DNA of 64,000 bases from an uncultured Kiritimatiellota bacterium (lineage in GTDB: Bacteria; Verrucomicrobiota; Kiritimatiellia; RFP12; DVOR01): the NCBI GenBank assembly GCA_944391065.1, contig CALXSH010000003.1, positions 7,871 to 71,870 on the forward strand, read 5' to 3'. The position numbers were made by a program, and so were the translations under genes. The notes beneath the pieces are model-generated. The model saw nothing but the letters and a program-made list of their open reading frames with translations, was not told the DNA's origin and did not search any database. Positions 34,184 to 46,414 of the stretch are shown here, in pieces; the first letter of the stretch is position 1; each line of letters opens with the position of its first letter.

Positions 34184-35923
34184 TCAGGGGGCCGCGGGCA
34201 CCTGCAGGGCACGCGTGAGGGCTTCCAGACGCTCCGGGGTCAGTTCCTCGTGGGAGAAGAGACAGAAGCCCTGCGGATTGGCGCTCAGCAGGCGGGGCAG
34301 GAAGGCTTCCAGACCGTCCGCTTCGAAGTCGGGCAGGTGTAGCCCGGGGTAGATCGGGAAACGGCCGTTCACGGCCTCGCGGGCCTCGGTGACACAATCG
34401 AGAATCCAGTCCTCGTCCTCATTGTAAAAGGAGGCGTAGGTCATGGGGAAGGCGAAGTCGAGGTCAAATCGCGACCAATCCTGCCGCACCATCTCCGCGG
34501 CAAGGCGCGGGGTGGGGAAGACGGCGGCCCCGCAGGGTTTGCCCGCCGCGCGGGCCGCGCCGGCGATGCCGTTGGCGGTCTCGGCCACGGCCCGAAGACG
34601 CGCCTCGCGCCAGGCGGGGGCGTCCGGATCGGGGTTGCCGCCGAAGGCCGACACGCAGCGTTCGCAATAGCAGAAGTCGTAAGGCGGCAACGTCTCGCTC
34701 ATGTCGAGGCCGTAGGTCTCCCAGAGGGCGACGGGCAGAACGACGTCAGGCAGGCGGATGTAGTCCATCTGCACCGCGTCGGTCTCGGGCCCCGTCGGAA
34801 CGCGGCCGCAAAGATAGTCCCGTACCTCCGTGGACGAGGGACAGAGGAACTGGTAGTAGGGCACGAAGGGCCTGTCCTCGGGACGGAAACAACTCTTGCC
34901 CTCGGCGCTGACGGCGTACCAGTCGGCGTGGGTAAGGGCTTCGGCGTCGTCGGGGCGGTTGAGCGTCCACATCCAGGCGATGGCTTCCAATCCGGCCTCC
35001 TTGGCCCATCGCAGCACGCGCGCACGGTTGGCGTCGGTGCCGTCGACGACGAGGGCCGTGATGCCGGCGGCCTTCCAGCGCCGCACATCTGCGGGTTTCA
35101 GCCTGGCGTCATTGCCGTGGACCCAGAGCCCGACGAAGGGCGGAAAGGCCTCGGGCGTGCCGACGGTTTTGTCGGAGAAGCGGACGCGCCCCCACTGTTC
35201 GGGGGCATGGATGGTCACTTGGCGGGTCGGAGCCCAAACGGTATTGACTTCGCTGTAACTCGGTTCGCCATAGGCTGCGCCGGTCGGATGGTCGACGCGG
35301 GAGAAGTTGAACCGCATCTCCGTGCCGGGCGCCGGCGGGGCTCCGCGGCGGGGAAGTTCGCCGTGATGGGTGAGCGACTCCCAGGGCCAGGCGATTTCAA
35401 CCGTCCAGGAGGTGTCGGTGTCACGGTCGTCATTGAGCGTGCCCTGCAGGGTCACGGCGTGACGGAGCTTCTTGATGTCCCAGTCGTGAAAGGCGATGCA
35501 GGCTTTGCCGTCACGGTAGGGCGCCGTCAGCATCAGATCCCAGACGGTGTTGAGGGCGTTGATCTCAAGCTCCAGGTAGTTTTTGCCCGTGCAGGTCGGG
35601 TCGATGAAGATTTCGAAGTCGTCGTCGTGATAGATGATGCTGTCGCGTTCGGTCTGCCGCGCCCGCAGATGGGAGGTCGGCAGCACGGCGCCGAAATAGA
35701 GGTACGTGTCGTCGTAGGTCATCTTCAGCCGAACCGTGTAGTCCGACGGCCCGCCGCTCAGATTGCGGAAGGGGGAGAGTTCGGCGGCTTTGCCCCAGAC
35801 CGGTTCATTCAGCGCGCCGTCAACGACAATCGGCCCGTCGGCCCGTTGGCAGAGATAGGTCGGTACGGCAGAGGCGGTTCCGAGGGCCAGGAGACCCAGG
35901 CAGAGCGGCAGAAAGCGGTCCAT
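34184..35923 (-). CDS. Secreted glycoside-hydrolase-like protein (N-terminal CBM9/DOMON-like domain plus GHL10/DUF4015-like TIM-barrel region)
   Basis: Signal peptide MDRFLPLCLGLLALGTASA. N-terminal beta-sandwich motifs (YLYFGAVLPTSHL, WDIKKLRHAV). C-terminal barrel with conserved acidic residues. Family assignment tentative. Confidence 0.5.
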   Translation of the reverse strand: MDRFLPLCLGLLALGTASAVPTYLCQRADGPIVVDGALNEPVWGKAAELSPFRNLSGGPSDYTVRLKMTYDDTYLYFGAVLPTSHLRARQTERDSIIYHDDDFEIFIDPTCTGKNYLELEINALNTVWDLMLTAPYRDGKACIAFHDWDIKKLRHAVTLQGTLNDDRDTDTSWTVEIAWPWESLTHHGELPRRGAPPAPGTEMRFNFSRVDHPTGAAYGEPSYSEVNTVWAPTRQVTIHAPEQWGRVRFSDKTVGTPEAFPPFVGLWVHGNDARLKPADVRRWKAAGITALVVDGTDANRARVLRWAKEAGLEAIAWMWTLNRPDDAEALTHADWYAVSAEGKSCFRPEDRPFVPYYQFLCPSSTEVRDYLCGRVPTGPETDAVQMDYIRLPDVVLPVALWETYGLDMSETLPPYDFCYCERCVSAFGGNPDPDAPAWREARLRAVAETANGIAGAARAAGKPCGAAVFPTPRLAAEMVRQDWSRFDLDFAFPMTYASFYNEDEDWILDCVTEAREAVNGRFPIYPGLHLPDFEADGLEAFLPRLLSANPQGFCLFSHEELTPERLEALTRALQVPAAP

Positions 35924-35924
35924 G

Positions 35925-37046
35925 TCAGGCAGTCCTCAGATTACTCAGGGTCCAGCGGATGTCGCGCAGCAGCATCTCCGAGAGCGTATGCGTGCGTATG
36001 GCCTCGGGCATGACGAAGTGGGCGTAGGTCTCAATCTCCAGCGGCCATCCGCCGGCGCGGAGATAACGCCAGAAGGCCGGGGTCAGCGTGTCGCGCGTCG
36101 AACGCAGCGCGGCCGTGCCGTCCCACGACAGCGGCACGTGATAATGGACGCGCCCGCCGCGGCCGATGAGCTCCGGCAGAACGGTTTCCGTCAGGTCGGG
36201 ATGGCACTGCAGGGTGCCGTCGGGATTGCGCAGACGCGTCTGATGCATGTAGGTGGGGTCGAGGAAAGGCCGCAGATCCTCCGGTTTCGCCTCTGAGGTC
36301 ACCTCCAGCGCGGCGGAAATCTGCACGCGCGCGATGGGAATGCGGCTCCCGACCAACGTCTTGAGCGCCGTCAGCGGGTCCTCGTAGCTGACCGCGAAGT
36401 GGCAGGTGTCGAAACAGAGCGCGATATGGTCGCGGCAGAGGGGATTCCAGTGCGGACAGGTCCAGAGCCGCTCGAAGAAGTCGACCGTCGTGCGGACCGA
36501 CTCCAGCAGACAGTCCGGTTCGGGTTCCAGCGCCAGCTGCATGTGGATGCCCGTGAAGCCCTCCAGCTTCCGCAGGAAGAGGCCGATGGCGCAGATGGCC
36601 TCGAAATAGTCTTCGATGTTCTGCCCGCGGTCATAAGCCAGCGGCACGGTTGTCACGCCGGGCGCGTGTCCCTCGCCCAGATCGGTCAGCGGCAACTTCG
36701 AGAGCGCGTAGAAGAGGTCCCGCGTGTATCCCATGCGGCGGGCGTCGCCCCAGTCGGGCAGATAGGCGTCCTCCTTGACCCGGCCGGCATGAAAGTCGCC
36801 GTAGGGAAACCCGTTGATGCCCAGAACCGTCAGCCGTTCGCGCCGCAGATAGGAGGCGAAGCGCTCCAAGTGCTCGGGAATCCGCAGGTCTTCGGCCGCC
36901 TGCGCCCCCAATCGGAGGCCGACGGCATGTGAGGATTCCGGCCCCAGCGCGAGCTGAAGCGGGATCGTGACATCCGCAAGCGCCTTCCGGACAGCGTCCA
37001 GACTTTCGCCGGGATGAACGTTCATACAGTAAGTCACCACGTTCAT
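35925..37046 (-). CDS. Sugar phosphate isomerase/epimerase (xylose isomerase-like TIM barrel) family protein
   Basis: About 373 aa from MNVVTYCMNVHPG at 37046; the start is uncertain, with in-frame alternatives up to 37157. Co-oriented with, and 1 nt upstream of, the glycoside-hydrolase-like gene. Confidence 0.55.
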   Translation of the reverse strand: MNVVTYCMNVHPGESLDAVRKALADVTIPLQLALGPESSHAVGLRLGAQAAEDLRIPEHLERFASYLRRERLTVLGINGFPYGDFHAGRVKEDAYLPDWGDARRMGYTRDLFYALSKLPLTDLGEGHAPGVTTVPLAYDRGQNIEDYFEAICAIGLFLRKLEGFTGIHMQLALEPEPDCLLESVRTTVDFFERLWTCPHWNPLCRDHIALCFDTCHFAVSYEDPLTALKTLVGSRIPIARVQISAALEVTSEAKPEDLRPFLDPTYMHQTRLRNPDGTLQCHPDLTETVLPELIGRGGRVHYHVPLSWDGTAALRSTRDTLTPAFWRYLRAGGWPLEIETYAHFVMPEAIRTHTLSEMLLRDIRWTLSNLRTA

Positions 37047-37070
37047 GAGAACTATATTAGCAAAATGGAG

Positions 37071-37099
37071 TTGCATTTCACACAGCCATGTGGTATCTT
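37071..37099 (+). promoter_or_regulatory. Sigma70-like promoter for rpsT
   Basis: TTGCAT (37071-37076), 17-nt spacer, TATCTT (37094-37099), in an AT-rich gap. AAGGA RBS before the ATG at 37167. Confidence 0.5.
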
Positions 37100-37166
37100 T
37101 TGCGCCTATCCGGACGGGAGGAAGAATGTCCCCGTCCCAATCTGACCCTATTAGCAAGGAATTGCC

Positions 37167-37430
37167 ATGCCGAATATCAAGAGCGCCGCGAAACGTGTTC
37201 GCACCGCCGCCAAGGCCAACCTCCGCAACCGCTCCGTCCGGAGCGAACTCCTGACCTACCGTCGGAAGGTTGTGGAAGCCATTGCCTCCGGTGACAAGGC
37301 TGCCGCCACGGCCGCCGTCTCCGTGTATGCGTCCAAGCTCGACAAGGCCGTCAAGAAGGGCGTCATCAAGCGTAACACCGCCGACCGCAAGAAATCCCGG
37401 TCCGCCCTTGCGCTCGGCCGCCTCGCCTAA
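37167..37430 (+). CDS. rpsT: 30S ribosomal protein S20
   Basis: 87 aa, MPNIKSAAKRVRTAAKANLRNRS..., canonical S20 N-terminus. Confidence 0.9.
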   Translation: MPNIKSAAKRVRTAAKANLRNRSVRSELLTYRRKVVEAIASGDKAAATAAVSVYASKLDKAVKKGVIKRNTADRKKSRSALALGRLA

Positions 37431-37490
37431 GGCCCGTCAAGCTTTCCGACAGACAACATACGGAAACGGCGGCCCCAGGCCGCAACCTAA

Positions 37491-37526
37491 GAAGCGTACG
37501 GAAGTTATCTGTACGCTTTTCTTTTT
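37491..37526 (+). terminator. Rho-independent terminator of rpsT
   Basis: AAGCGTAC-loop-GTACGCTT stem followed by TTCTTTTT, about 60 nt after the rpsT stop. Confidence 0.6.
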
Positions 37527-37634
37527 GTCCCGACCTGCCCCGGATGGCGCGCCCTTCGGCAAAGCCTCCCTTCGCGAGCCCCACGGATGCTGTCGTCCGC
37601 GGGGTTTTTTGTATAGGCGTACCGTGCGGAGACA

Positions 37635-37675
37635 CAAAAAAGGCGGGACCGTCGGTTGACGATCCCGCCTTTTTC
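37635..37675. terminator. Bidirectional terminator (gdhA on the minus strand; also readable on the plus strand)
   Basis: AAAAAAGGCGGGA...TCCCGCCTTTTT, about 25 nt beyond the gdhA stop at 37700. Confidence 0.6.
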
Positions 37676-37699
37676 GCATACCGGACAGAGCGGCCGGGG

Positions 37700-39837
<2,138 letters not shown>

Positions 39838-39852
39838 GGCGGACGCCTCCGG

Positions 39853-40428
<576 letters not shown>

Positions 40429-40454
40429 GAGTTGTCTCCTAAGGCGTTGTTGTG

Positions 40455-42203
40455 TCAGTTCTGATCGGGATCGGAAGTTTCCGCCCGCAGCAGATCGAGG
40501 AAGGCCTCGGGCGTCATGGTCCCGAGATCGCCCTTCTCGCGGCTGCGCACGGCCACGACGCCGGCCTCGGCCTCACGGCCTCCGATGACCAGCATGTAGG
40601 GGGTTTTGGCCAACGTCGCGCGGCGGATCTTTGCACCGATCTTGTCATTGGACATATCGGCGTCGATGCGGAAGTCCGCGGCGCGCAGCTTGGCGATGAC
40701 GTCCTTGGCGTAAGGCGCTTGGGCGTCGGTGATCGGCAGCACCGTTGCCTGCGTGGGGGCCAGCCAAACCGGGAAGGCGCCCGCGTAGTGTTCGATGAGG
40801 ATGCCGAAGAAGCGTTCGAGGGAACCGAGCAGGGCGCGGTGCACCATGTAGGGGCGGTGTTCCTTGCCGTCCTCGCCGGTGTAGGTGAGGTTGAAGCGTT
40901 CGGGCAGGTTGAAGTCGAACTGAATCGTGCCCAGCTGCCATTCGCGGCCCAGGGCGTCTTTGATCTTCATGTCAATCTTCGGCCCGTAGAAGGCACCGCC
41001 GCCCTCGTCGACCGAGTAGGCCAGACCTTCGGCCTCGAGGGCCTTGCGGAGGGAATCGGTGGCCTGTTCCCACTTGGCCTCCTCACCGACCGCCTTTTCG
41101 GGACGGGTGGAGAGATAGGCTGAGATGTCATGGAAGCCGAAGCGGTGCAGGATGTGCAGGCAGAAGCGCACCGTGAAGCGGACCTCGTCCTCGATGCCCT
41201 CGGGCGTGCAGAAGATGTGGGCGTCGTCCTGCGTGAAGCCGCGCACGCGGAAGAGACCGTGGCGGACGCCGTCCTTCTCATAACGGTAGACCGTGCCGAG
41301 TTCGGCGAAGCGCAGCGGCAGATCGCGGTAGCTGTACTTCTTGAAGAGGTAGGCCTGAATGTGGAAGGGGCAGTTCATCGGCTTGACGTAGTAAGGCTCC
41401 TGCGTCGCCTTCTCGCCGTCGCTCTCGGTGACCTCCATGGGCGGGAACATGCCGTCCTTGTAGAACCCGAGGTGGCCAGAGGTCTGCCAGAGGTTGGCGC
41501 GGCCGATGTGGGGGGTGAAGAGCATTTCGTAGCCGTGGCGGTAATGCTCGCGGCGCCAGTAATCCTCAATGGCGATGCGCACGCGCGCGCCCTTGGGCAG
41601 CCAGTGCGCGAGGCCCGGGCCGACGCTCTCGGTGATTGTGAAGAGCTCGAGCTCCTTGCCGAGCTTGCGGTGGTCGCGGCGCTTGGCCTCCTCGATGCGG
41701 GCGACGATGGCGTCGAGTTCCTTCTGCGAGGACGCCGCGATGCCGTAGAGGCGCTGCAGCATCGGGTTTTTCTCGTCGCCGCGGTAATAGCTGCCGGCCA
41801 CGCTCATCAGTTTGACCGCGCCCACGCAGCCGCTGTGCTCCACGTGCGGACCGCGGCAGAGATCGACGTAGTCGCCCGTGCGGTAAATCGACACCGTCTC
41901 GCCTTCGGGAATGTCGGCCAGACGCTCCAGCTTGTAGGGCTGATCCTTGAAAATTTCCCTGGCCTCGTCGCGGGTCACTTCCTCGCGCACGAAGGGCAGT
42001 TTGGCCCCGATCAGCTTGCGGACGGCCTTTTCGATGGTCGGGAAGTCCTCGGCCGAGAGACGGTGGGGCAGGTCGAAATCGTAGTAAAACCCGTCTGCGG
42101 TGGCCGGCCCGATGTCAATCTTGACGTTGTCGAACAGGGAGCTGACGGCCGCGGCCACCAAATGGGCCGCGCTGTGACGGATTTCTTCAATCGTTGCGCT
42201 CAT
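40455..42203 (-). CDS. thrS: Threonyl-tRNA synthetase, short form lacking the N-terminal TGS (N1) domain
   Basis: Start MSATIEEIRHSAAHLVAAAV at 42203 with AAGGAG RBS. Class II aaRS motifs 1-3 and the Zn-binding region are present, then the C-terminal anticodon-binding domain. 582 aa. Confidence 0.9.
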   Translation of the reverse strand: MSATIEEIRHSAAHLVAAAVSSLFDNVKIDIGPATADGFYYDFDLPHRLSAEDFPTIEKAVRKLIGAKLPFVREEVTRDEAREIFKDQPYKLERLADIPEGETVSIYRTGDYVDLCRGPHVEHSGCVGAVKLMSVAGSYYRGDEKNPMLQRLYGIAASSQKELDAIVARIEEAKRRDHRKLGKELELFTITESVGPGLAHWLPKGARVRIAIEDYWRREHYRHGYEMLFTPHIGRANLWQTSGHLGFYKDGMFPPMEVTESDGEKATQEPYYVKPMNCPFHIQAYLFKKYSYRDLPLRFAELGTVYRYEKDGVRHGLFRVRGFTQDDAHIFCTPEGIEDEVRFTVRFCLHILHRFGFHDISAYLSTRPEKAVGEEAKWEQATDSLRKALEAEGLAYSVDEGGGAFYGPKIDMKIKDALGREWQLGTIQFDFNLPERFNLTYTGEDGKEHRPYMVHRALLGSLERFFGILIEHYAGAFPVWLAPTQATVLPITDAQAPYAKDVIAKLRAADFRIDADMSNDKIGAKIRRATLAKTPYMLVIGGREAEAGVVAVRSREKGDLGTMTPEAFLDLLRAETSDPDQN

Positions 42204-42324
42204 GCAAAAACTCCTTAAACGCGCGTTAGTATACCTGATTGCAGTCTGCGACGCAAAAGGATAACGCCCGAAAGTCCCGTAAAGACGCGCTTTTCGGGTC
42301 CTTCCCCATGTCGGTCCCCGCCGG

Positions 42325-43305
42325 TCAGAGATAGGGGGCGAAGTCCTCCGGAAAGGGCGCCTCGAAGACCATCGGATCGCCTGTGACCGGGTGGGCCAGC
42401 TCCAGACGCCGCGCGTGGAGGAGCTGGCGGCGCGGCGGCACAGGCAACGCCCGGTCGCGCGATGGTTTGCCGTAGAGCAGGTCACCCACGATCGGCGTCC
42501 CGAGCGAAGCGATGTGCACGCGGATCTGATGGGTCCGGCCCGTATCGATGACGCAGGCCACGCGGCTCACGTCGGGAGTCCCCAACGCCGCCTCGCGCGT
42601 CCAATGCGTGATGGCCCGGCGCCCGTTGCGCGGCACGATGGCCATCTTCTGACGGTTCGTGGGCGAACGGCCGATCAGGTTGTCCAGCGTCCCCTCCGGC
42701 GGCGGCACGCCGTGTACGATTGCCACATAGCGCTTCGTCAGCCGGTGTGCCGCGAAGGCCGCCGTCAAGGCGCTGTGCGCCCTCTCCGTCTTGGCCACCA
42801 CCATCACGCCCGAGGTGTCCATGTCGAGACGGTGAACGATCCCCGGCCGCTTTTCCCCGCCGATGCCCGTCAGGTCCGGGCAATGCCACAGCAGCGCGTT
42901 CACGAGCGTTCCGTGGCTGTGCCCGCAGGCCGGATGAACGACCAGGCCGGCCGGCTTGTTGAGGGCCAGCATGTCCGCGTCCTCATAGAGAATGTCCAGC
43001 GGAATGTCCTCCGGAATAATCTCCGTCGGTTCCGCCGGCGGCAGCGTCAGCGTCAGCGTCAGGCCCGGCCGCGGCGCAGCCGAGAGGCGCGTGACAGGCG
43101 TCCCCTCGCCGTCGGTCAGCAGCCCCTGCTTCGCCAACGCCTGAATCCGCGAACGCGTCAGTTCCGGCAGCTGACGCGTCAGCCACTGGTCCAACCGCCG
43201 CTCGTCCGCGCCGCCCGGCACGCGGAGGGTGAAGACCTCCCCCTCCTCACGCCCCTCGTCGCGGCTCTCTTCCGGCGTCTCCCGCGCGTCGTCCGGCTCA
43301 TGCAT
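42325..43305 (-). CDS. RluA/RluD-family 23S rRNA pseudouridine synthase
   Basis: S4-like region RLDQWLTRQLPELTRSRIQALAKQG. Catalytic motif GIVHRLDMDTSGVMVVAKT with the conserved HRLD Asp. Acidic N-extension. Confidence 0.85.
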   Translation of the reverse strand: MHEPDDARETPEESRDEGREEGEVFTLRVPGGADERRLDQWLTRQLPELTRSRIQALAKQGLLTDGEGTPVTRLSAAPRPGLTLTLTLPPAEPTEIIPEDIPLDILYEDADMLALNKPAGLVVHPACGHSHGTLVNALLWHCPDLTGIGGEKRPGIVHRLDMDTSGVMVVAKTERAHSALTAAFAAHRLTKRYVAIVHGVPPPEGTLDNLIGRSPTNRQKMAIVPRNGRRAITHWTREAALGTPDVSRVACVIDTGRTHQIRVHIASLGTPIVGDLLYGKPSRDRALPVPPRRQLLHARRLELAHPVTGDPMVFEAPFPEDFAPYL

Positions 43306-44110
43306 ACCAGACCCTCCAGAGGAAGAGCCCTGCCGCCGGTGCGGACGGCACGCGTGCCGTCCGCACCGTCCCGGGCGAGAGCAGGTCGGCCACCGATTCG
43401 GGCTTCTCCTGACCCGCGCCGACGCGCAGCAGGAAGCCCACCATCGACCGGACCATTTTATAAAGGAAACCGCTCCCCTGTACGCGGAAGCAGATCTGCG
43501 AACCCCGCTTCGTCACCGTGAAGGCATAAATCTCCCGCACCGTGCTCTCGATTGGACGGTTCGGATTCGCCGAAAAGGCCGCGAAGTCATGCTTTCCCAC
43601 GAAGTATTGCATTGCCCGGCGCATCGCCTCAACGTCGAGAGGCCGGACGATGTGGGCGTTGTAGAGCCGCTTGTCCGGCGGCAGGATGCGCGTATTCCAG
43701 ACGTAGTAGCGGTACTCTTTGCCGTGCGCGCTGAACCGCGCGTGGAAATCCTGACTTACTTCGCGGCAGGAAAGAATGCGGATGTCCGGCGGCAGACGGC
43801 CGTTGGCGTTGAGCGCCATCTTAAGGCTTCGCTCGGTCATCCGCGTCACCAGGTCCACATGGAAGACCTGACCCTTCGCGTGGACGCCGTGGTCGGTGCG
43901 GCCGCTGCTGTGGATGTCGACCTTCGGCGCCTTGACGATGCCCGCCAGGACCTGTTCGATCGTCTCCTGGATGCTCGTGTAGCCCGGCTGGGTCTGCCAG
44001 CCGAAATAGGCCGTGCCGTCATAGGCGCAGACCATGCGGAACCGCCGCGGCGCCAAAGCCGGTCGCTGCGTGTCTGGGGTGGGGGAAGTCGGAGAGGGGG
44101 TGTCTGCCAT
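43298..44110 (-). CDS. truA: tRNA pseudouridine(38-40) synthase TruA
   Basis: MVCAYDGTAYFGWQTQ...SSGRTDHGVHAKGQVFHVD, with the catalytic GRTD Asp motif. About 245-270 aa depending on start. Confidence 0.85.
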   Translation of the reverse strand: MADTPSPTSPTPDTQRPALAPRRFRMVCAYDGTAYFGWQTQPGYTSIQETIEQVLAGIVKAPKVDIHSSGRTDHGVHAKGQVFHVDLVTRMTERSLKMALNANGRLPPDIRILSCREVSQDFHARFSAHGKEYRYYVWNTRILPPDKRLYNAHIVRPLDVEAMRRAMQYFVGKHDFAAFSANPNRPIESTVREIYAFTVTKRGSQICFRVQGSGFLYKMVRSMVGFLLRVGAGQEKPESVADLLSPGTVRTARVPSAPAAGLFLWRVWYA

Positions 44111-44126
44111 AAAGCCGCAAAGATTT

Positions 44127-45359
44127 TCAGATCAGGCGGCCGTCTGAAACGGCCGTCGGGACAAAAGAGACGGGTTCGCCGCGGTGGGCCTCGCCGGGCA
44201 GGACGCAGCGGATGCGCTGGGCCGACCATCCCTCCCAGCCCGCTTCCGCGCGGCGCTCTGGGATTACGGTCAGCCGCTGCCCGAGATAACGCCGCAGCGC
44301 GGCCGCGCGCGTCGCGTCGGCCGCCGCGCGCAGAGCCTCCGCCCGGGCCCGCTGCGTGTGTCCCGGCACCCGGTCGGGAAAATCTGCCGCCGGCGTGCCC
44401 GGCCGCGGGGAATAGGGAAAGATGTGCGCTCCCGTGAAGGGATAATCCGACACCAGCCGCCGCGTCGCCTCCGCGTCGGCCTCCGTTTCGCCGGGCAGTC
44501 CGACAATCCAGTCCGAACCGAGCCCGCAGAGCGGCAGCTCCGTGAGCGCCGTCTCCAGCAGCGAACGGATTTCGGCCTCGGTGTAGGTCCGTCCCATCCG
44601 CTTCAGCAGCGTATCGGAAGCCGTCTGGATCGGCAGATGGAGGAAGTCGCAGACGCGCCCGCCCGAACCCGCGATGAGCCGGATCAGCGCGCGGTCGTCG
44701 AGCGTACAGGGTTCGACGGAGCCCAATCGGTAGCGTGCCGTGCCGGGCAACCCGCAGAGCCGCTCCAGAAGATTGACCAGGTTCGCGCCCGTGGCGGGAT
44801 CGCGGTAGAGCGCCAGATGGCAGCCCGTCAGCACGATCTCCGTGTACCCCTCGTCGGTCAGTCGGCGTGCGCGGTCGAGGGCCTCGGCCATCGGTACGGA
44901 GACCGGCGCCCCGCGCAGATGGGGCACGATGCAGTATGCGCAGAAGCGGTCGCACCCGTCCTGCACAATCAGCGAGGCCCGTGTGCGGTGACGGACCGGG
45001 GATGCGGGTAACGGGGTGGGGGCCGCGGTCCCGCCGAAGGCCCGTTCCACCTCGGTGAGCCAAGCATCCTTGCGGGCGTGGGGGACGCGCAGATCCGCCA
45101 GACCCTCCGGCATGAGGTCCGCCGCGCAGCCGCTCAGGAGGACCGACGCCTTGGGCGCGACGCGGCGCAGCCGCCGGAGCGTCCTGCGGACCTCCTGCTG
45201 GGCGGCATCGGTCACGGCGCAGGAATGCACGCAGACCAGATCGGCCGACTCGGGCGGCGACTCCTCCCATCCCCGCGCGGTCAGTTCCCGCTGCCAGGCC
45301 GCGGCCTCAGCCTGGTTCAGACGGCATCCGAAGACGAGAAAGGCGACACGCCCGCTCAC
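44127..45359 (-). CDS. Radical SAM methylthiotransferase (MtaB/MiaB/RimO family)
   Basis: Probable GTG start at 45359 overlapping the upstream stop (GTGA). MTTase N-domain Cys residues (VAFLVFGCRLNQAE...VCVHSCAV...LLSGC). Radical SAM motif QDGCDRFCAYCIVPH. C-terminal TRAM-like domain. Confidence 0.7.
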   Translation of the reverse strand: MSGRVAFLVFGCRLNQAEAAAWQRELTARGWEESPPESADLVCVHSCAVTDAAQQEVRRTLRRLRRVAPKASVLLSGCAADLMPEGLADLRVPHARKDAWLTEVERAFGGTAAPTPLPASPVRHRTRASLIVQDGCDRFCAYCIVPHLRGAPVSVPMAEALDRARRLTDEGYTEIVLTGCHLALYRDPATGANLVNLLERLCGLPGTARYRLGSVEPCTLDDRALIRLIAGSGGRVCDFLHLPIQTASDTLLKRMGRTYTEAEIRSLLETALTELPLCGLGSDWIVGLPGETEADAEATRRLVSDYPFTGAHIFPYSPRPGTPAADFPDRVPGHTQRARAEALRAAADATRAAALRRYLGQRLTVIPERRAEAGWEGWSAQRIRCVLPGEAHRGEPVSFVPTAVSDGRLI

Positions 45360-46414
45360 TTGTGTCTCCGGCGGTCGCTGGCGATGGGCACGAAGGTATT
45401 CGGAGAGGCCGCGCGCCGCAGAATGCGCGAGGCATAGGCCGCGCGGTAGGAGCGTCCGTCGCGCAGTTTGTCCTTGCGCCCGTTGTAGCGCTGCAGCGCG
45501 GCCCGCCACGAGTCGAAATAGGCCTCCGGACGGCTCGCCACGGCGCTCCCCGAGACGCCGAACCCCTTGCGCACCAGAAACATGATGCCGGCCCGCACAT
45601 TGCCCTCCAGCGTCCCCTCGTTGCGGTTCTGCGGCTTGTGCAGCCCCAGTTCGCGCTTGGCGTCGGACCAGTCGCCCGGCACGTTGACCTGCAACGGATC
45701 CTTCTTCCAGGCCGCCGTGGAGCGCGGCCCGTTGCCGCCGGTCTCCTCAATCATCAGCGACTTGATGAGGGCCGGCTCCAGTTTGGGCACATCGACGGTC
45801 GCGCCCTCAGCCGCGCCGGCCCAGGGCGCCGGATTGGCGTTGAATTCCGCGACCAGCTTCAGAATCAGCGCGTCGTGTTGCTGATACCGGTCATCCTCAA
45901 AGCCGTAAAAGACCGGCAGCGTGTCGGCCGTCTGCTCCGGCTTCTCCTCGATGGCCGCCTGCCGCTCGCGCGCGAAGGAGGAGCGCGCGAAGATGCGCGC
46001 GTAGAAGGCTTTGAACTGCGTCAGCAGCTCCTTGTCCGAGTCATCGATGAAGCGCAGATCGACATGGAGGTTGCCCCATCGGTCAAAGGGATAGACCGCG
46101 CCCTTCCAGCAGAGCTCGAAGCGGACCGCCGCATCGGAGAGCGGGCTCTCCTCCTCCTCCGTCAGGATCAGCCACTCTTGGTGAGCCCGCGTGCGGCGGT
46201 CCAGCCGCAGCATCAGTTCGTCGACGCGGAAGAGCAGCGCCTGCGTCCCGGCGATTTCCTCCGACGGGATCGGCAGCGTGACGGTCTCGGGCTTCTTCCC
46301 GTAGGCCTCCGTCCAGGAATTGCCCAGATAGGGCCGCAGAATGACCTCCGCTCCCCGGAGCATCAGGGGGCACAGCAGCATCAGCATCGGCAGAAGCAGA
46401 CGGAATCGGTTCAT
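45356..46414 (-). CDS. Hypothetical secreted protein with C-terminal lytic-transglycosylase-like (SLT-like) motifs
   Basis: Signal peptide MNRFRLLLPMLMLLCPLMLRGA. C-terminal motifs LMIEETGG, GIMFL and LQRYNGR resemble the SLT ES / GLMQ / AYNAG triad. Weak. Confidence 0.4.
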   Translation of the reverse strand: MNRFRLLLPMLMLLCPLMLRGAEVILRPYLGNSWTEAYGKKPETVTLPIPSEEIAGTQALLFRVDELMLRLDRRTRAHQEWLILTEEEESPLSDAAVRFELCWKGAVYPFDRWGNLHVDLRFIDDSDKELLTQFKAFYARIFARSSFARERQAAIEEKPEQTADTLPVFYGFEDDRYQQHDALILKLVAEFNANPAPWAGAAEGATVDVPKLEPALIKSLMIEETGGNGPRSTAAWKKDPLQVNVPGDWSDAKRELGLHKPQNRNEGTLEGNVRAGIMFLVRKGFGVSGSAVASRPEAYFDSWRAALQRYNGRKDKLRDGRSYRAAYASRILRRAASPNTFVPIASDRRRHK

